DNA from: Candidatus Eiseniibacteriota bacterium
GTDB lineage: Bacteria > Eisenbacteria > RBG-16-71-46 > SZUA-252
Assembly: GCA_031370645.1 (NCBI GenBank)
Contig: JANMQV010000112.1
Location: 1 to 45,129, forward strand
Direction: 5' to 3'
DNA: 45,129 nucleotides
The notes below the pieces were generated by a model. It had not been told where the DNA came from. It saw only the letters and a list, made by a program, of their open reading frames with translations, and ran no database searches. Shown one piece after another: positions 1-9,057 of the stretch; position 1 is the first letter of the stretch, and each line of letters opens with the position of its first letter. The position numbers and the translations under genes were made by a program.

Positions 1-75
1 GGTCGTCCATGCGGACGACCGGCTCATGAGGTGTCGTGCGGTCGGGTGCCATGGGGGATGTGGCATGATACCACC

Positions 76-1248
76 GTGAACGGCGAAATCCTGATCATCG
101 GTGGCGGGGTCGTGGGCATGGCGCTAGGGTGGCGGCTCCGCCTCGAGGGCGCACGCGTATCCATCGTCGAACGCGGAAGTTGTGGCGGGGCGGCCGTAAC
201 TGCTTCCGCCGGACTCGTGCAGGCGGCGCCCGACGTGACGGGCAAGCACCCCGAACTCCTCGCCCTCACGATCCCGGCGCGACGGGCGTGGCGTGAATTC
301 GCCCGCGAGATCGAAGCGGCATCCGGCATCCCGCTCGGCTACGGAACGCGCGGACTTCTCGTGGTCTCGCTCGACGAATCGGAGGACGCCCTTCTCGACG
401 CGCGCGAGGCCCGCTATCGCGAGCACTCGCTCCCGGTGGAGCGCTTGACGGCCGCCGCCGCGCGACGGAAGGAGTGGTCGCTCGGTCCCGCGGTGCGGAG
501 CGCGCTCTGGCTCAAGGAAGATGCGTGGGTGAACACGGCCGCTCTGGGGCTCGCGCTCACGGAGGCGTTCCGCCGCGCGGGGGGCCGGACGTACGAGCGC
601 GAAACGGTGATTGCGATCGAGCAGGACGGATCGCGTGTGCGTGGAGCGCGCACGAGGTCGCGGCTCATCTCGGCGGAGACGATCGTGCTCGCGGCCGGTG
701 CCTGGAGTGCCCGGCTCGCGACGGCTGAGCTCGGACCCGATGCCATTCGCCCCTCGCGGGGGCAATCGCTGCTGTTCGAAGGCCGGGACGCGCGCGGAGC
801 CGCGCTGCTGCAACGGGCAGTGTCGTCCCCTTCCGTGTGGGCGGTTCCGCAAAATGACGGCGCGCTTTGGGCGGGCGGGGTGAAAGAGTCGGCGGATCTG
901 GTGGGGAGTTACGATCCGGAGCCGCGCGAAGAGACGACCGCGCGAATTCGCGAAGCCATCGAGCGGCTGATCCCGGGATCGCGGGAACTCGCGACGCGCG
1001 AGGCTCGCGTCGGCCATCCGTCCCGCACGGACGACGGGCTTCCCATCCTCGGCGCTTCGAGCCGGGTGGCCGGTCTCTACTACGCCACCGGTCACCACAA
1101 GACCGGGATCGTGCTCGCCGACGAAACGGCGCGAATCCTCGCTCCGCTCATCCTTCGCGGAGAACAAGACCCGCGCCTCGCGCCTTTCGGCGTGGAGCGG
1201 CTTAGGCTTGCTTCGGCTCGTCCTTCACGAGATTCTTCACGATCATGA
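76..1248 (+). CDS. FAD-dependent oxidoreductase, glycine oxidase (ThiO)/D-amino acid oxidase family
   Basis: N-terminal IIGGGVVG dinucleotide-binding motif, 'IVLAAGAWS', 'DGLPILG', 'YYATGHHKTGI'. GTG start at 76 chosen just before the Rossmann motif; ORF is open from 31. Confidence 0.8.
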   Translation: MNGEILIIGGGVVGMALGWRLRLEGARVSIVERGSCGGAAVTASAGLVQAAPDVTGKHPELLALTIPARRAWREFAREIEAASGIPLGYGTRGLLVVSLDESEDALLDAREARYREHSLPVERLTAAAARRKEWSLGPAVRSALWLKEDAWVNTAALGLALTEAFRRAGGRTYERETVIAIEQDGSRVRGARTRSRLISAETIVLAAGAWSARLATAELGPDAIRPSRGQSLLFEGRDARGAALLQRAVSSPSVWAVPQNDGALWAGGVKESADLVGSYDPEPREETTARIREAIERLIPGSRELATREARVGHPSRTDDGLPILGASSRVAGLYYATGHHKTGIVLADETARILAPLILRGEQDPRLAPFGVERLRLASARPSRDSSRS

Positions 1249-1498
1249 AAACCACGAAGGCGATGATCACGAAATCGATGAAGGCACCCATGAAGTCGCC
1301 GACGCCGAACTCGACGCTCCCGATCGTGCAGGTCGCCTGACGCCAGTCGCCCGACGGCGTGAACGCACCGACGATCGGCATGACGAGATCGCTCACGAGC
1401 GCGGTCACCAATTTACCGACCGCTCCGCCGATGACGACCGCGACCGCCAGCCCGATGACTCCGTGCTTCGTCAGGAATTCCTTGAACTCACCCAACAT
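1202..1498 (-). CDS. mscL: Large-conductance mechanosensitive channel
   Basis: MLGEFKEFLTKHGVIGLAVAVVIGGAVGKLVTALVSDLVMP...GDFMGAFIDFVIIAFVVF is the MscL signature. ATG at 1498 lies within the longer listed ORF. Confidence 0.92.
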   Translation of the reverse strand: MLGEFKEFLTKHGVIGLAVAVVIGGAVGKLVTALVSDLVMPIVGAFTPSGDWRQATCTIGSVEFGVGDFMGAFIDFVIIAFVVFMIVKNLVKDEPKQA

Positions 1499-1660
1499 GA
1501 CGGCGTCCTCCGTGACGGTTCGAAATCGCGCCCGAGCGAGTTCGCCACGGACGCCCGCCGGTAAGCCCGGCCAAGAGCGGCAGGATAGCGCGATGTGATA
1601 CCCTCCGGCCACCGGCAACCGATCGACGCCGAGGGACGGCAGCGATCGGCCCCATCCTCT

Positions 1661-3025
1661 ATGCGATCCTGGTTCGACTTCCTCTTCCCCCGCAAGGCCC
1701 TCGCCGAAGGCGACCGCCGGCTTCTCCACCTTTTCATCGGGAGAATGCTCGGCTCGGTCGGCTTCTCGATCACGATTCCTTTTCTCAGCATCTATCTCCA
1801 CGGCGAACGTCACGTCTCAATGAGCGCGATCGGCGGCATGTTCTTCATCGCAGCGTTGGCGGGGGCGGTGGCGCAAATCGTGGGCGGCGAGTGGGCCGAC
1901 CGGCAGGGACGAAAGATCGTCATGATCGTCGCGCAGGTGGGCCGGTCCTTGATATTCGCCGGCATGGGCGTCGCGGCGCTCAAGCATGCCGACTTCGGCG
2001 TCTTCGTGGCCCTGACATGTGGGAGCGCCTTTTTCGGCCGGCTCTTCGAACCTCCTTCCGGAGCCATGATCGCCGACGTGACCGAGGGGGCAGAGCGCGC
2101 GGAAGCGTTCGGTATCATGCGCGTGGCCGGGAATTTCGGCTTCGCGCTCGGGCCCGCCATCGGTGGATTTCTGGCGGCGCTCTCCTACGCGGCCCTCTTC
2201 TTTCTCTCCGCGACGATCATGCTCGCGGCCGGAATCATCATGGCGGTGATCGTGCGCGAGTCGCTTCCTCCGGAACGGCGGCGCGGAGCCGAGGCGGGTA
2301 TCGGCGACGACCTGCCGCCGGCCACGGTCCGCACGGCGGGCGCGCGTGACAAGACCAGCGCGGCCAAGCCGATGCGCGGCATCGACCTCTCGTCCGTGAT
2401 GGACACACTCAAGGACGGGCGCTTCCTGCGCCATTGCCTCTCCTGCCTCATCCTCTTCACCGTGCTCGGACAATTGATGTCGACTTTTTCGGTCTACGTG
2501 GTCGAGTGGTGCGGGCTCAGCAAGATGCAACTCGGATGGATCTACTCGGTGAACGGCGCGTTGGTGGTGCTGATCCAATTTCCCATCGTGAAGTTCCTCG
2601 CGCCCTATCGCATGACCACGGCACTCGTCGTGGGCAGCGTGCTATTCGCGGTGGGCTATGGGATGATGGGACTTGTCGGAAGCTTCGGGACGTTGGCACT
2701 GGCGATGACGGTCGTGACGCTCGGAGAGGTCGTGGCGGTCCCCGCGACGATGAACCTCACGACCAACTTCGCGACCGAAGAGACGCGCGGCCGCTACATG
2801 GGCGTCTACGGTCTCTTCAACTCGTTCGGCTGGTCGCTCGGGCCGCTCGTGGGAGGGACGCTGCTCGACGCCTCGAACCACGTATCTTGGATTCCTTGGA
2901 GCGTGATCGCGCTCCTCAGCATTTTCGCGGCGCTCGGCTTCTGGGACTTGCGCGGCCGCCTCTCGCGCGCGATGGACCGAGAAGGAGAACCGGCAACGGT
3001 GGCTTCCGCGGCCGCCCTGCCCTAG
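1661..3025 (+). CDS. MFS transporter
   Basis: About 12 hydrophobic segments; motif A 'GGEWADRQGRK'; 'RGRYMG', 'GPLVGG'. Start is either ATG 1661 or GTG 1595. Confidence 0.88.
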   Translation: MRSWFDFLFPRKALAEGDRRLLHLFIGRMLGSVGFSITIPFLSIYLHGERHVSMSAIGGMFFIAALAGAVAQIVGGEWADRQGRKIVMIVAQVGRSLIFAGMGVAALKHADFGVFVALTCGSAFFGRLFEPPSGAMIADVTEGAERAEAFGIMRVAGNFGFALGPAIGGFLAALSYAALFFLSATIMLAAGIIMAVIVRESLPPERRRGAEAGIGDDLPPATVRTAGARDKTSAAKPMRGIDLSSVMDTLKDGRFLRHCLSCLILFTVLGQLMSTFSVYVVEWCGLSKMQLGWIYSVNGALVVLIQFPIVKFLAPYRMTTALVVGSVLFAVGYGMMGLVGSFGTLALAMTVVTLGEVVAVPATMNLTTNFATEETRGRYMGVYGLFNSFGWSLGPLVGGTLLDASNHVSWIPWSVIALLSIFAALGFWDLRGRLSRAMDREGEPATVASAAALP

Positions 3026-3037
3026 AGGAGGACCCGC

Positions 3038-3523
3038 ATGAGCCTCGCTTCGAACACCCACGAATTCGCCTGCCGCTTGGTCTGGACCGGAGCGGCGAAG
3101 GGCGGCACGACGAACTACGAGACGTACTCGCGCGAATGCCGCGTCGACTTCTCCGGGAAACCATCGCTCCGCGGCACGGCGGCGGCCGCCTTCCGGGGCG
3201 ATCCCGCGCTCACGAATCCCGAGGATCTCTTGGTCGCCTCTCTCTCGATGTGCCACTTCCTCTCCTACGTGGCGCTCTGCGCGTTCAAAGGCGTGAACGT
3301 GATCTCCTACGAGGACGATGCGTCGGGGAAAATGGAACGCGTGGAGAAGACGTTCAAGTTCACCGACGTGCTTCTGAAGCCGCGCGTCACGATCGCGCCC
3401 GGTTCCGACCCCGAACTGGCGCGGTCTCTGCACGAGCGCGCGCACCACGACTGCTTCATCGCCAATTCGGTGAACTTCCCCGTGCGAAACGAGCCCGTCA
3501 TCTCGGTGGCGGCGCCGGTCTAG
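3038..3523 (+). CDS. OsmC family protein
   Basis: 'FRGDPALTNPEDLLVASLSMCH' and 'AHHDCFIANSV' with the two conserved Cys; GAGGAG RBS. Confidence 0.9.
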   Translation: MSLASNTHEFACRLVWTGAAKGGTTNYETYSRECRVDFSGKPSLRGTAAAAFRGDPALTNPEDLLVASLSMCHFLSYVALCAFKGVNVISYEDDASGKMERVEKTFKFTDVLLKPRVTIAPGSDPELARSLHERAHHDCFIANSVNFPVRNEPVISVAAPV

Positions 3524-3530
3524 CGAAGCC

Positions 3531-4022
3531 GTGAACGCCGCCCGCGTCGTCACCCGGCCCTGGCAGGTCTACGCGCTCACCGCGCTCTGGGCGCTGAAGG
3601 CGTTCCAGGAACTCTTGAGCGGTGCGGTAGGTGGATCGTTCTTCATCGCGAAGCAGGTGACCGAGGGGACGCTCTTCGGCTACGGACTCCAAATGGCGAT
3701 GCAGAGCGTGCTTCTCTCGTTGCTCTTGGCGGGAGGGGGTTTCTACGTGATGGTGGCGCTCTGGCTCGGTCGGCGGCCCGCGCGGCGCTGGGGCACCGCC
3801 GTCGCGGCGCTGAGCGAGGCGGTGACGCTCGGATATCTCTTCAGCCGTCCCGCGCAACTTGGGAGCGACCACGAACTCGTTCGCTTCGTGCTCGTCTCGA
3901 CGATGGTGAATCTCGGAATCGTGACGATCTTCCTGTTCGACCGGAGGCTGGCGGCGTTTCTGGGGAGTACGCGGCTCGTCGGGTGGTGGGCGCCGCGGCG
4001 GCGCGCGCGCGAAGACGAGTAG
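3531..4022 (+). CDS. Hypothetical membrane protein (about 4 TM)
   Basis: Hydrophobic segments, host-like codon usage, starts 7 bp after the osmC-like gene. Confidence 0.6.
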   Translation: MNAARVVTRPWQVYALTALWALKAFQELLSGAVGGSFFIAKQVTEGTLFGYGLQMAMQSVLLSLLLAGGGFYVMVALWLGRRPARRWGTAVAALSEAVTLGYLFSRPAQLGSDHELVRFVLVSTMVNLGIVTIFLFDRRLAAFLGSTRLVGWWAPRRRAREDE

Positions 4023-4065
4023 TTCGCCTAGAAGTTCGCGCTCCGCTCCCCTACGGTTCGAGCCG

Positions 4066-4719
4066 TCACAATCTGGGCCGTGCGCCACCGACCGCTCGAA
4101 TTCCAAGCACGATCTCCTCAACGGTCGCTCCGCTCCCGTAGCCCCATGGAATGAGTCCCTCGGGATTCACCACGAAGACCTGCGTCGTATGCGCCTTCCC
4201 CTTCGCGATGCCCCACGCCAGCGCGATCTCTCCGATCTCTGCTTCCGTTCCCGAGACACCGAGAAACGACGGATCGAACCGGCGTGCGTACACCGCGGCG
4301 ACGGCCGGCGTGTCGTGTTCGGGGTCGACGCTCACGAAGACGAACCGCACGCGGGAGGTGTCGGCCCCAAGCTCCGCGCGGACTTTCGCCCAACGCTTCA
4401 GGACGATCGTGCAGACGTCGGGACAGTTGGTGAATCCAAAATAGACGAGCACGACCCGGCCGCGCTCGGTCGCCAGATCGAATGCGGCGCCGGCGTCGCC
4501 CGAGAGCCGGAGTGCCGGGGCAGGCTTGGGAGGATCGTAGAGAGCCCCGGGGAGCGATTCGAGGATGCGCCTCGATACGTCCCGTGGAGTCTCCCCGGCG
4601 CCGCCACACCCGCCTACCGGGCCAAGTAGCAGCGCCGCCATGAGCGCGCCAAAAACAAAAACCGCGCCGCTCGCCGAAGTCCGGCGTGCCGACGCGGTCA
4701 TCCGCGGATCCCGCTTCAT
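4066..4719 (-). CDS. SCO1/SenC family copper-binding protein (probable lipoprotein)
   Basis: 'YFGFTNCPDVC' CxxxC motif, 'FVSVDPEHDT', downstream His ('AHTTQVFVVNPEG'); lipobox-like 'VGGC'. Confidence 0.88.
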   Translation of the reverse strand: MKRDPRMTASARRTSASGAVFVFGALMAALLLGPVGGCGGAGETPRDVSRRILESLPGALYDPPKPAPALRLSGDAGAAFDLATERGRVVLVYFGFTNCPDVCTIVLKRWAKVRAELGADTSRVRFVFVSVDPEHDTPAVAAVYARRFDPSFLGVSGTEAEIGEIALAWGIAKGKAHTTQVFVVNPEGLIPWGYGSGATVEEIVLGIRAVGGARPRL

Positions 4720-4729
4720 GGCTGCGCCC

Positions 4730-5482
4730 CTACCCGAGCGTGTATCCCCCGTCCACGATGATCGTCTGGCCGGTCACCCAGGAAGCCTGTGGCGTGCAGA
4801 GGAAGGCGGCCATGTTGGCCACTTCTTCCGTGGTGCCGACGCGGCCGAAGGGCGTGCGGCGGATCGACTCCGCGATGAGCAGTTCGTAGGAGGGGAATAT
4901 CTTGAGCGAGTCGGTGTCGATGAATCCGCCCGAAACGGCGTTCACGTTGATCTTCTTCGAGGCGAGTTCATAGGCCAGGTAGCGGACGAGCGTCTCGATC
5001 GCGGCTTTCGAAACGCCGATCGCCGCGTAACCCGGAATGTAGCGATGCGAGCCGAGCGAGGTGAGCGCCACGATGCGTCCGCCTTCGGGCATCATCTTCA
5101 CGGCCTGCTGCGCGCCGAAGAGAAGCGCTTTCGCGTTCGTGTTCATGGCGATGTCCCACATCTTGTCGTCCACGTCGAGAATGTTCCCGAAGTGACCGAT
5201 GGCGGCGTTCGACACGAAGATATCGAGTTTCGAGAAGTGCTGGCGAAGCTCCTCGAACATCTTGGGGATCTGTTCTTCGTTCCCGACGTTGGCGCGAATG
5301 GCGTATCCGCGAACCCCCAGCGCTTCGATTTCGGCCACCGCCTGCTTGGCGGAGTCGCGGCTGCGGAAGAAGTTAATGGCAACGTCGGCACCCATCTCCG
5401 CGAGATCGAGGGCGATTGCCTTCCCGATGCCGCGGGTTCCGCCGGTCACGAGCGCCGTCTTGCCTCTGAGATCGAAGAGCAT
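4730..5482 (-). CDS. SDR oxidoreductase, FabL-like enoyl-ACP reductase
   Basis: TGGTRGIG, 'FVSNAA', '[12 protein letters not shown]' (Y-x6-K as in FabL), 'GQTIIVDGG'. Confidence 0.85.
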   Translation of the reverse strand: MLFDLRGKTALVTGGTRGIGKAIALDLAEMGADVAINFFRSRDSAKQAVAEIEALGVRGYAIRANVGNEEQIPKMFEELRQHFSKLDIFVSNAAIGHFGNILDVDDKMWDIAMNTNAKALLFGAQQAVKMMPEGGRIVALTSLGSHRYIPGYAAIGVSKAAIETLVRYLAYELASKKINVNAVSGGFIDTDSLKIFPSYELLIAESIRRTPFGRVGTTEEVANMAAFLCTPQASWVTGQTIIVDGGYTLG

Positions 5483-5513
5483 GGTCCCTCCCTGACGATG
5501 CTAAGAAGGGGGA

Positions 5514-5542
5514 ATGGTGCGGGGGCGAGGCGAACCTGTCAA
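5514..5542 (-). promoter_or_regulatory. Putative sigma70 promoter for the fabL-like/SCO genes
   Basis: Minus strand TTGACA (5542-5537), N17, CACCAT (5519-5514). The -10 is weak. Confidence 0.35.
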
Positions 5543-5586
5543 GGCCGGGACCGGGGCCGCGCGGGGCCGCGCGTAAGGCGAGGCGG

Positions 5587-6156
5587 CTAGATGGCGGGGC
5601 GAACCTCTCGCGCCACGAGCGTGAGTCCCCCCTTGCCACGCCATCCATCCACGACCGCGACCAGACGAACCCTGCGCCCATCGGCGGGGCGCTCGAGGGG
5701 GGCTGAAACAGCCACCGGAAACTCCTGCCCGGTTTCGGCGAGCGTAAACCGAAGCGTCCCATCGGCGCCCTTCGCGAACGATCCGCTCGCTTCGAAAAGA
5801 ACGTCGACGAGGCTGAGATCGTGGAGGCGGTTTTCGGCCAGCGTCTTGATCACGTCCCGAAGGGGGAGGACGCGCGGCTTCGCGTAGCTGACCTCCACTT
5901 GGTCGCCGTTCAGACGCGCGTCGCCTCCCTTGGCGCTCCCCTTCGCCATCTGCCGAATGGTGGTCCGGCAGTGTGCGCAGGACGTGCAGCCGCGGAGCGC
6001 GAGATAGACCTTCGCGAACGGCGTGGGAGCGGCCGCGATCGTCGATTTCCCGGAGGCGGAAGCGGCCCCCGCGGCGCGGGCCGGGGTGCCGGCGAGAAGA
6101 ACGCCTGCGGCGATCACGAACGTAGCGGCGATGGATGAAGTCTTGGCGCGAGTCAT
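5587..6156 (-). CDS. Secreted protein with an HMA-like metal-binding motif
   Basis: Signal peptide ending 'PARA'; 'LRGCTSCAHCRTTI' resembles the GMxCxxC motif of HMA/CopZ domains. Confidence 0.6.
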   Translation of the reverse strand: MTRAKTSSIAATFVIAAGVLLAGTPARAAGAASASGKSTIAAAPTPFAKVYLALRGCTSCAHCRTTIRQMAKGSAKGGDARLNGDQVEVSYAKPRVLPLRDVIKTLAENRLHDLSLVDVLFEASGSFAKGADGTLRFTLAETGQEFPVAVSAPLERPADGRRVRLVAVVDGWRGKGGLTLVAREVRPAI

Positions 6157-6176
6157 GGTCGGGGCTCCTTTGCCTT

Positions 6177-7313
6177 TTAGAATTGAAACGCGACGCCCAC
6201 GTTCAGGCGATTGAGTTCTTGGTCCACGCCGTCCTTCCAGTGCTCGAGGTCCGCCTTGAAAGCGACCTCACGCACGGGGTGGTAGGCGATGCCGCCGGTC
6301 ACGATGGTCCTTTCCGCGAGGGGATCCTTCGTCACGCCGATCTCCGTATCGGCGTTGGTGTCGAAGCGTTCGAAGCGGGCAAAGAGCCAGAGCGCGCGAT
6401 CGGGCATCTGCGTCTTTCCATGGAGCAGATCGAACGCCGCTTCGCCGTAGAGTCCCCAGATGCGGCTTGCCACGGGCTCTCCGACGACCGCGGAAACCGA
6501 ATCGGAATTACCGATGGAGACAGTCGCGACTTCACCACGCAGGTCGAGCGCACCGCGGCGGAAGCGGGCATCCCCTTCGGCAATCGAAACGCCGACGCTT
6601 CCGAGTCCCGGCGTCCCCTGGTCGGCGCCTCCGACGTAGCCCGAGCCGCCGATCGAGAGCCCTCCCTTCGCGGCGTATTCGAGACGGCCGACGAGCGCGA
6701 GATCTTCCGCCTTCGCCTCGACGCCGTGCTGGCGCCCTTCGCGAATGCCGCTTCCCGTGGAGAACCCGGTCGCATCGAGTCCCGACACGACGTACGCGCG
6801 GTATCCCAGGGCTCCGTTCGACGCGCGCCCCACGAGGCCGACTCCGATCTCCTGCCACGTCGTCGGAATCACCGATGCCTCGAGGTAGGGTCGCTCCACG
6901 CTGTGATAGGTCGGTGGTTCGTGGAATTCGTTCAGCGGGCCGACCGGCATGAGGAGACTCCCCGCGCGAAGACTCACGGTGGGGGCGAGGTCGTACTCGA
7001 TGTGCGCGTATTCGAGTTCGATCTCGCTGGCCGAATGTTCGTAATCGACTTCGGCGCTCATCCGAATCGAGGACGTGAACTCGTACTCCCAGCCGAGGAC
7101 GAGTCGATGCACATCGACCATGGCGGGAGCCTTCTTGTCCATCGTGCCGGTCTCGGGATTGTTGTAATGGATCTCGCCGTAGCCGTGGATCGAGTAGCGC
7201 CTCTCCGTGGCGGGGTCGCCTTCAGCGCGGGCCGTCGCCGCGGCGACGAGGCTCAGGGCCAGTGCTGCAGTGATCGTGACGGCGCGAATCGGCAGGGGGG
7301 AGACGAGTCTCAT
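6177..7313 (-). CDS. Outer-membrane beta-barrel porin (OprO/OprP-like family)
   Basis: Signal peptide (ARA cleavage); 'GYGEIHYN', 'EVDYEH', 'PVGPLNEFHEPPTYHSVERP', 'IPTTWQEIG'; terminal Phe (VAFQF). ATG at 7313. Confidence 0.75.
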   Translation of the reverse strand: MRLVSPLPIRAVTITAALALSLVAAATARAEGDPATERRYSIHGYGEIHYNNPETGTMDKKAPAMVDVHRLVLGWEYEFTSSIRMSAEVDYEHSASEIELEYAHIEYDLAPTVSLRAGSLLMPVGPLNEFHEPPTYHSVERPYLEASVIPTTWQEIGVGLVGRASNGALGYRAYVVSGLDATGFSTGSGIREGRQHGVEAKAEDLALVGRLEYAAKGGLSIGGSGYVGGADQGTPGLGSVGVSIAEGDARFRRGALDLRGEVATVSIGNSDSVSAVVGEPVASRIWGLYGEAAFDLLHGKTQMPDRALWLFARFERFDTNADTEIGVTKDPLAERTIVTGGIAYHPVREVAFKADLEHWKDGVDQELNRLNVGVAFQF

Positions 7314-7611
7314 CGAGTTCCTCCGGGCAAAGGGCGCCGACGCTTGCGTCGCGCTCGATCGATTTCGAATGGGCGTTCGAGACCGCGATCCCAAACGCGG
7401 TGTGAAGAATGCCGCCTAATGTGCGGCAGTACAAGCAAAAGTTAACCTGCCTTCACTACTTCCTTGGTAGACTGCGAATATCTACCCAAGTATCTATTCC
7501 GAAACATTTTGGGCCAGTAGCGGTGGGGTGATCGGCGCGAGGCCGGCAGAACTGCCCGGCCTCGGCCAGGCAGCCCTTGCGCCTTTCCCGGCGGCGTGAT
7601 ACTCCTCCGGC

Positions 7612-8544
7612 GTGAGTTTCGGACGACTCTTGATCGGGGCGATCCTCGTTGGGATTGGCGGGGTCCTACTCGCTTCTCAGTTGGGGTATCTGCCTGCGGG
7701 CGTGATGCCCTGGTTCCTGCAATTCTGGCCCGCCCTCCTCGTCCTGTTCGGCCTCGCCCTCCTCGCAAACGCCATGAAGAACGTCGTACTCGGCTGGTTC
7801 GTGGCGGTCCTCGCCATCGCGGCCATCGCGTTCGGCGGTTGGTGGCTGGCCCACAACAAGGCGGCGGCGGGAACGGCTCATGTGGCGCGGCATTCGCTCA
7901 ACCGGCCGGTCGTCGAGACGCTCACGCTTCACGCTCGGACGTTCGGCGGAAGGCTCTCCATCGCGGGGGGCATGCGCGATTCCGCCTCGGGCGACGGCGC
8001 CCACTCGCTCGAAGTCTCCATCCGCGGCGTTAGCGACAAGGACGCCGAGCACACCTGGAGCGTCGGCGGCAGGACGGCCGAGTTCACCTGGCCGACACAC
8101 GTGCTCATCCCCGGCACCGCTCCCTTCGGCGCGGAGGTAGAGCTGCGCGCGCCGAAGCGAACGCTGGTCCGCCTGAAGACAGAGACGATTCTTTCGGGCG
8201 CCGATATCGACCTTACGAACCTCCGCCCGGAGAGTTGCGACACCCGCGTCGTGTCGGGCGGCGTTCGCGTGCGGGTCGGTGACGCGGCCCCCTCGATGAT
8301 TCGAATTCACGGCGCGCTCGGCGCTGCCGAGCTGATTCTTCCCGCCGCCGGTCCGGTGCGCGTTGAGTTTCTTTCGCCCCTCACGGCCCGATCGCTTCCC
8401 GACGATTTCCTCGAACACGTGGGTGGGCGCGGCAAGGCGAAGATCTGGATCGCCGAAGGGAAGGGGCGGCCGCTCCTCGTCGTTGTGGACGGAATGTTCC
8501 TCTACGTGAAGATCAAGCGCGCGCCCGTGCGCGCCGGAGGCTGA
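7612..8544 (+). CDS. LiaF/LiaI-like (DUF5668-type) membrane protein with a C-terminal beta-rich domain
   Basis: 'GAILVGIGGVLLASQLGYL...FWPALLVLFGL' N-terminal TM hairpin typical of LiaI/LiaF-like domains. Confidence 0.65.
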   Translation: MSFGRLLIGAILVGIGGVLLASQLGYLPAGVMPWFLQFWPALLVLFGLALLANAMKNVVLGWFVAVLAIAAIAFGGWWLAHNKAAAGTAHVARHSLNRPVVETLTLHARTFGGRLSIAGGMRDSASGDGAHSLEVSIRGVSDKDAEHTWSVGGRTAEFTWPTHVLIPGTAPFGAEVELRAPKRTLVRLKTETILSGADIDLTNLRPESCDTRVVSGGVRVRVGDAAPSMIRIHGALGAAELILPAAGPVRVEFLSPLTARSLPDDFLEHVGGRGKAKIWIAEGKGRPLLVVVDGMFLYVKIKRAPVRAGG

Positions 8545-8546
8545 CG

Positions 8547-8720
8547 ATGGCTGGAGGCGGCGGTCACAGCAGCATCGCATTCCCCCTCACGCTCGTGGCG
8601 GTCGGGGCTCTCCTTCTCCTGAAGGAGTTCGGCTACCTCCACGAGAATATTCTCCGCTACTGGCCGGTCCTTCTGATCGTCTGGGGTCTCGGCATGATTT
8701 GGGCGTCCCGAAAGGGGTAA
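8547..8720 (+). CDS. Small (57 aa) LiaI/DUF5668-like membrane protein, absent from the ORF track
   Basis: Manual translation MAGGGGHSSIAFPLTLVAVGALLLLKEFGYLHENILRYWPVLLIVWGLGMIWASRKG*; GGAGG RBS just upstream; WP motif shared with the upstream gene. Confidence 0.75.
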   Translation: MAGGGGHSSIAFPLTLVAVGALLLLKEFGYLHENILRYWPVLLIVWGLGMIWASRKG

Positions 8721-8778
8721 ATGCCCCGGAAGCGACTAGAGTGGCGGAACCTCGCGACCCCTGGTAGAGTTTGAAGGG

Positions 8779-9057
8779 ATGATGAACCTAGGAATGCGTC
8801 GCCACCTTCGGATTACCGCCCTCCTTGCCCTCCTTCTCGTCGGGATTTGGGTCGGCATCGTGCTGGTCCACGAGCATACGGGCGTCCAGCGATGCGAGGT
8901 ATGTAACGCGCTCCAATTCACGTCGGCCGACCTGGTCGCCCCGATCGTGGTGGCCGAGCCCGAAGCCGTAACACTCCTCGCCGAACCGCCGGCGCTCCCC
9001 TCCGCCGCAACGCCGTACCTCTCGACTCCTCCGGGCCGCGCCCCGCCGCTCGCCTAG
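8779..9057 (+). CDS. DUF2946-like leader peptide (TM, HEH, CxxC, RAPP); putative metal-responsive arrest peptide
   Basis: Hydrophobic N-terminus, 'VHEH', 'CEVC', Pro/Ala linker, C-terminal 'GRAPPLA*'; lies directly upstream of a metal-uptake operon. Confidence 0.8.
   Translation: MMNLGMRRHLRITALLALLLVGIWVGIVLVHEHTGVQRCEVCNALQFTSADLVAPIVVAEPEAVTLLAEPPALPSAATPYLSTPPGRAPPLA

Noticed and set aside
5960-6000. c-type cytochrome heme-binding motif in the 5587-6156 protein
   Set aside because: The sequence is CTSCAHC, not CxxCH; it fits an HMA-like site better.
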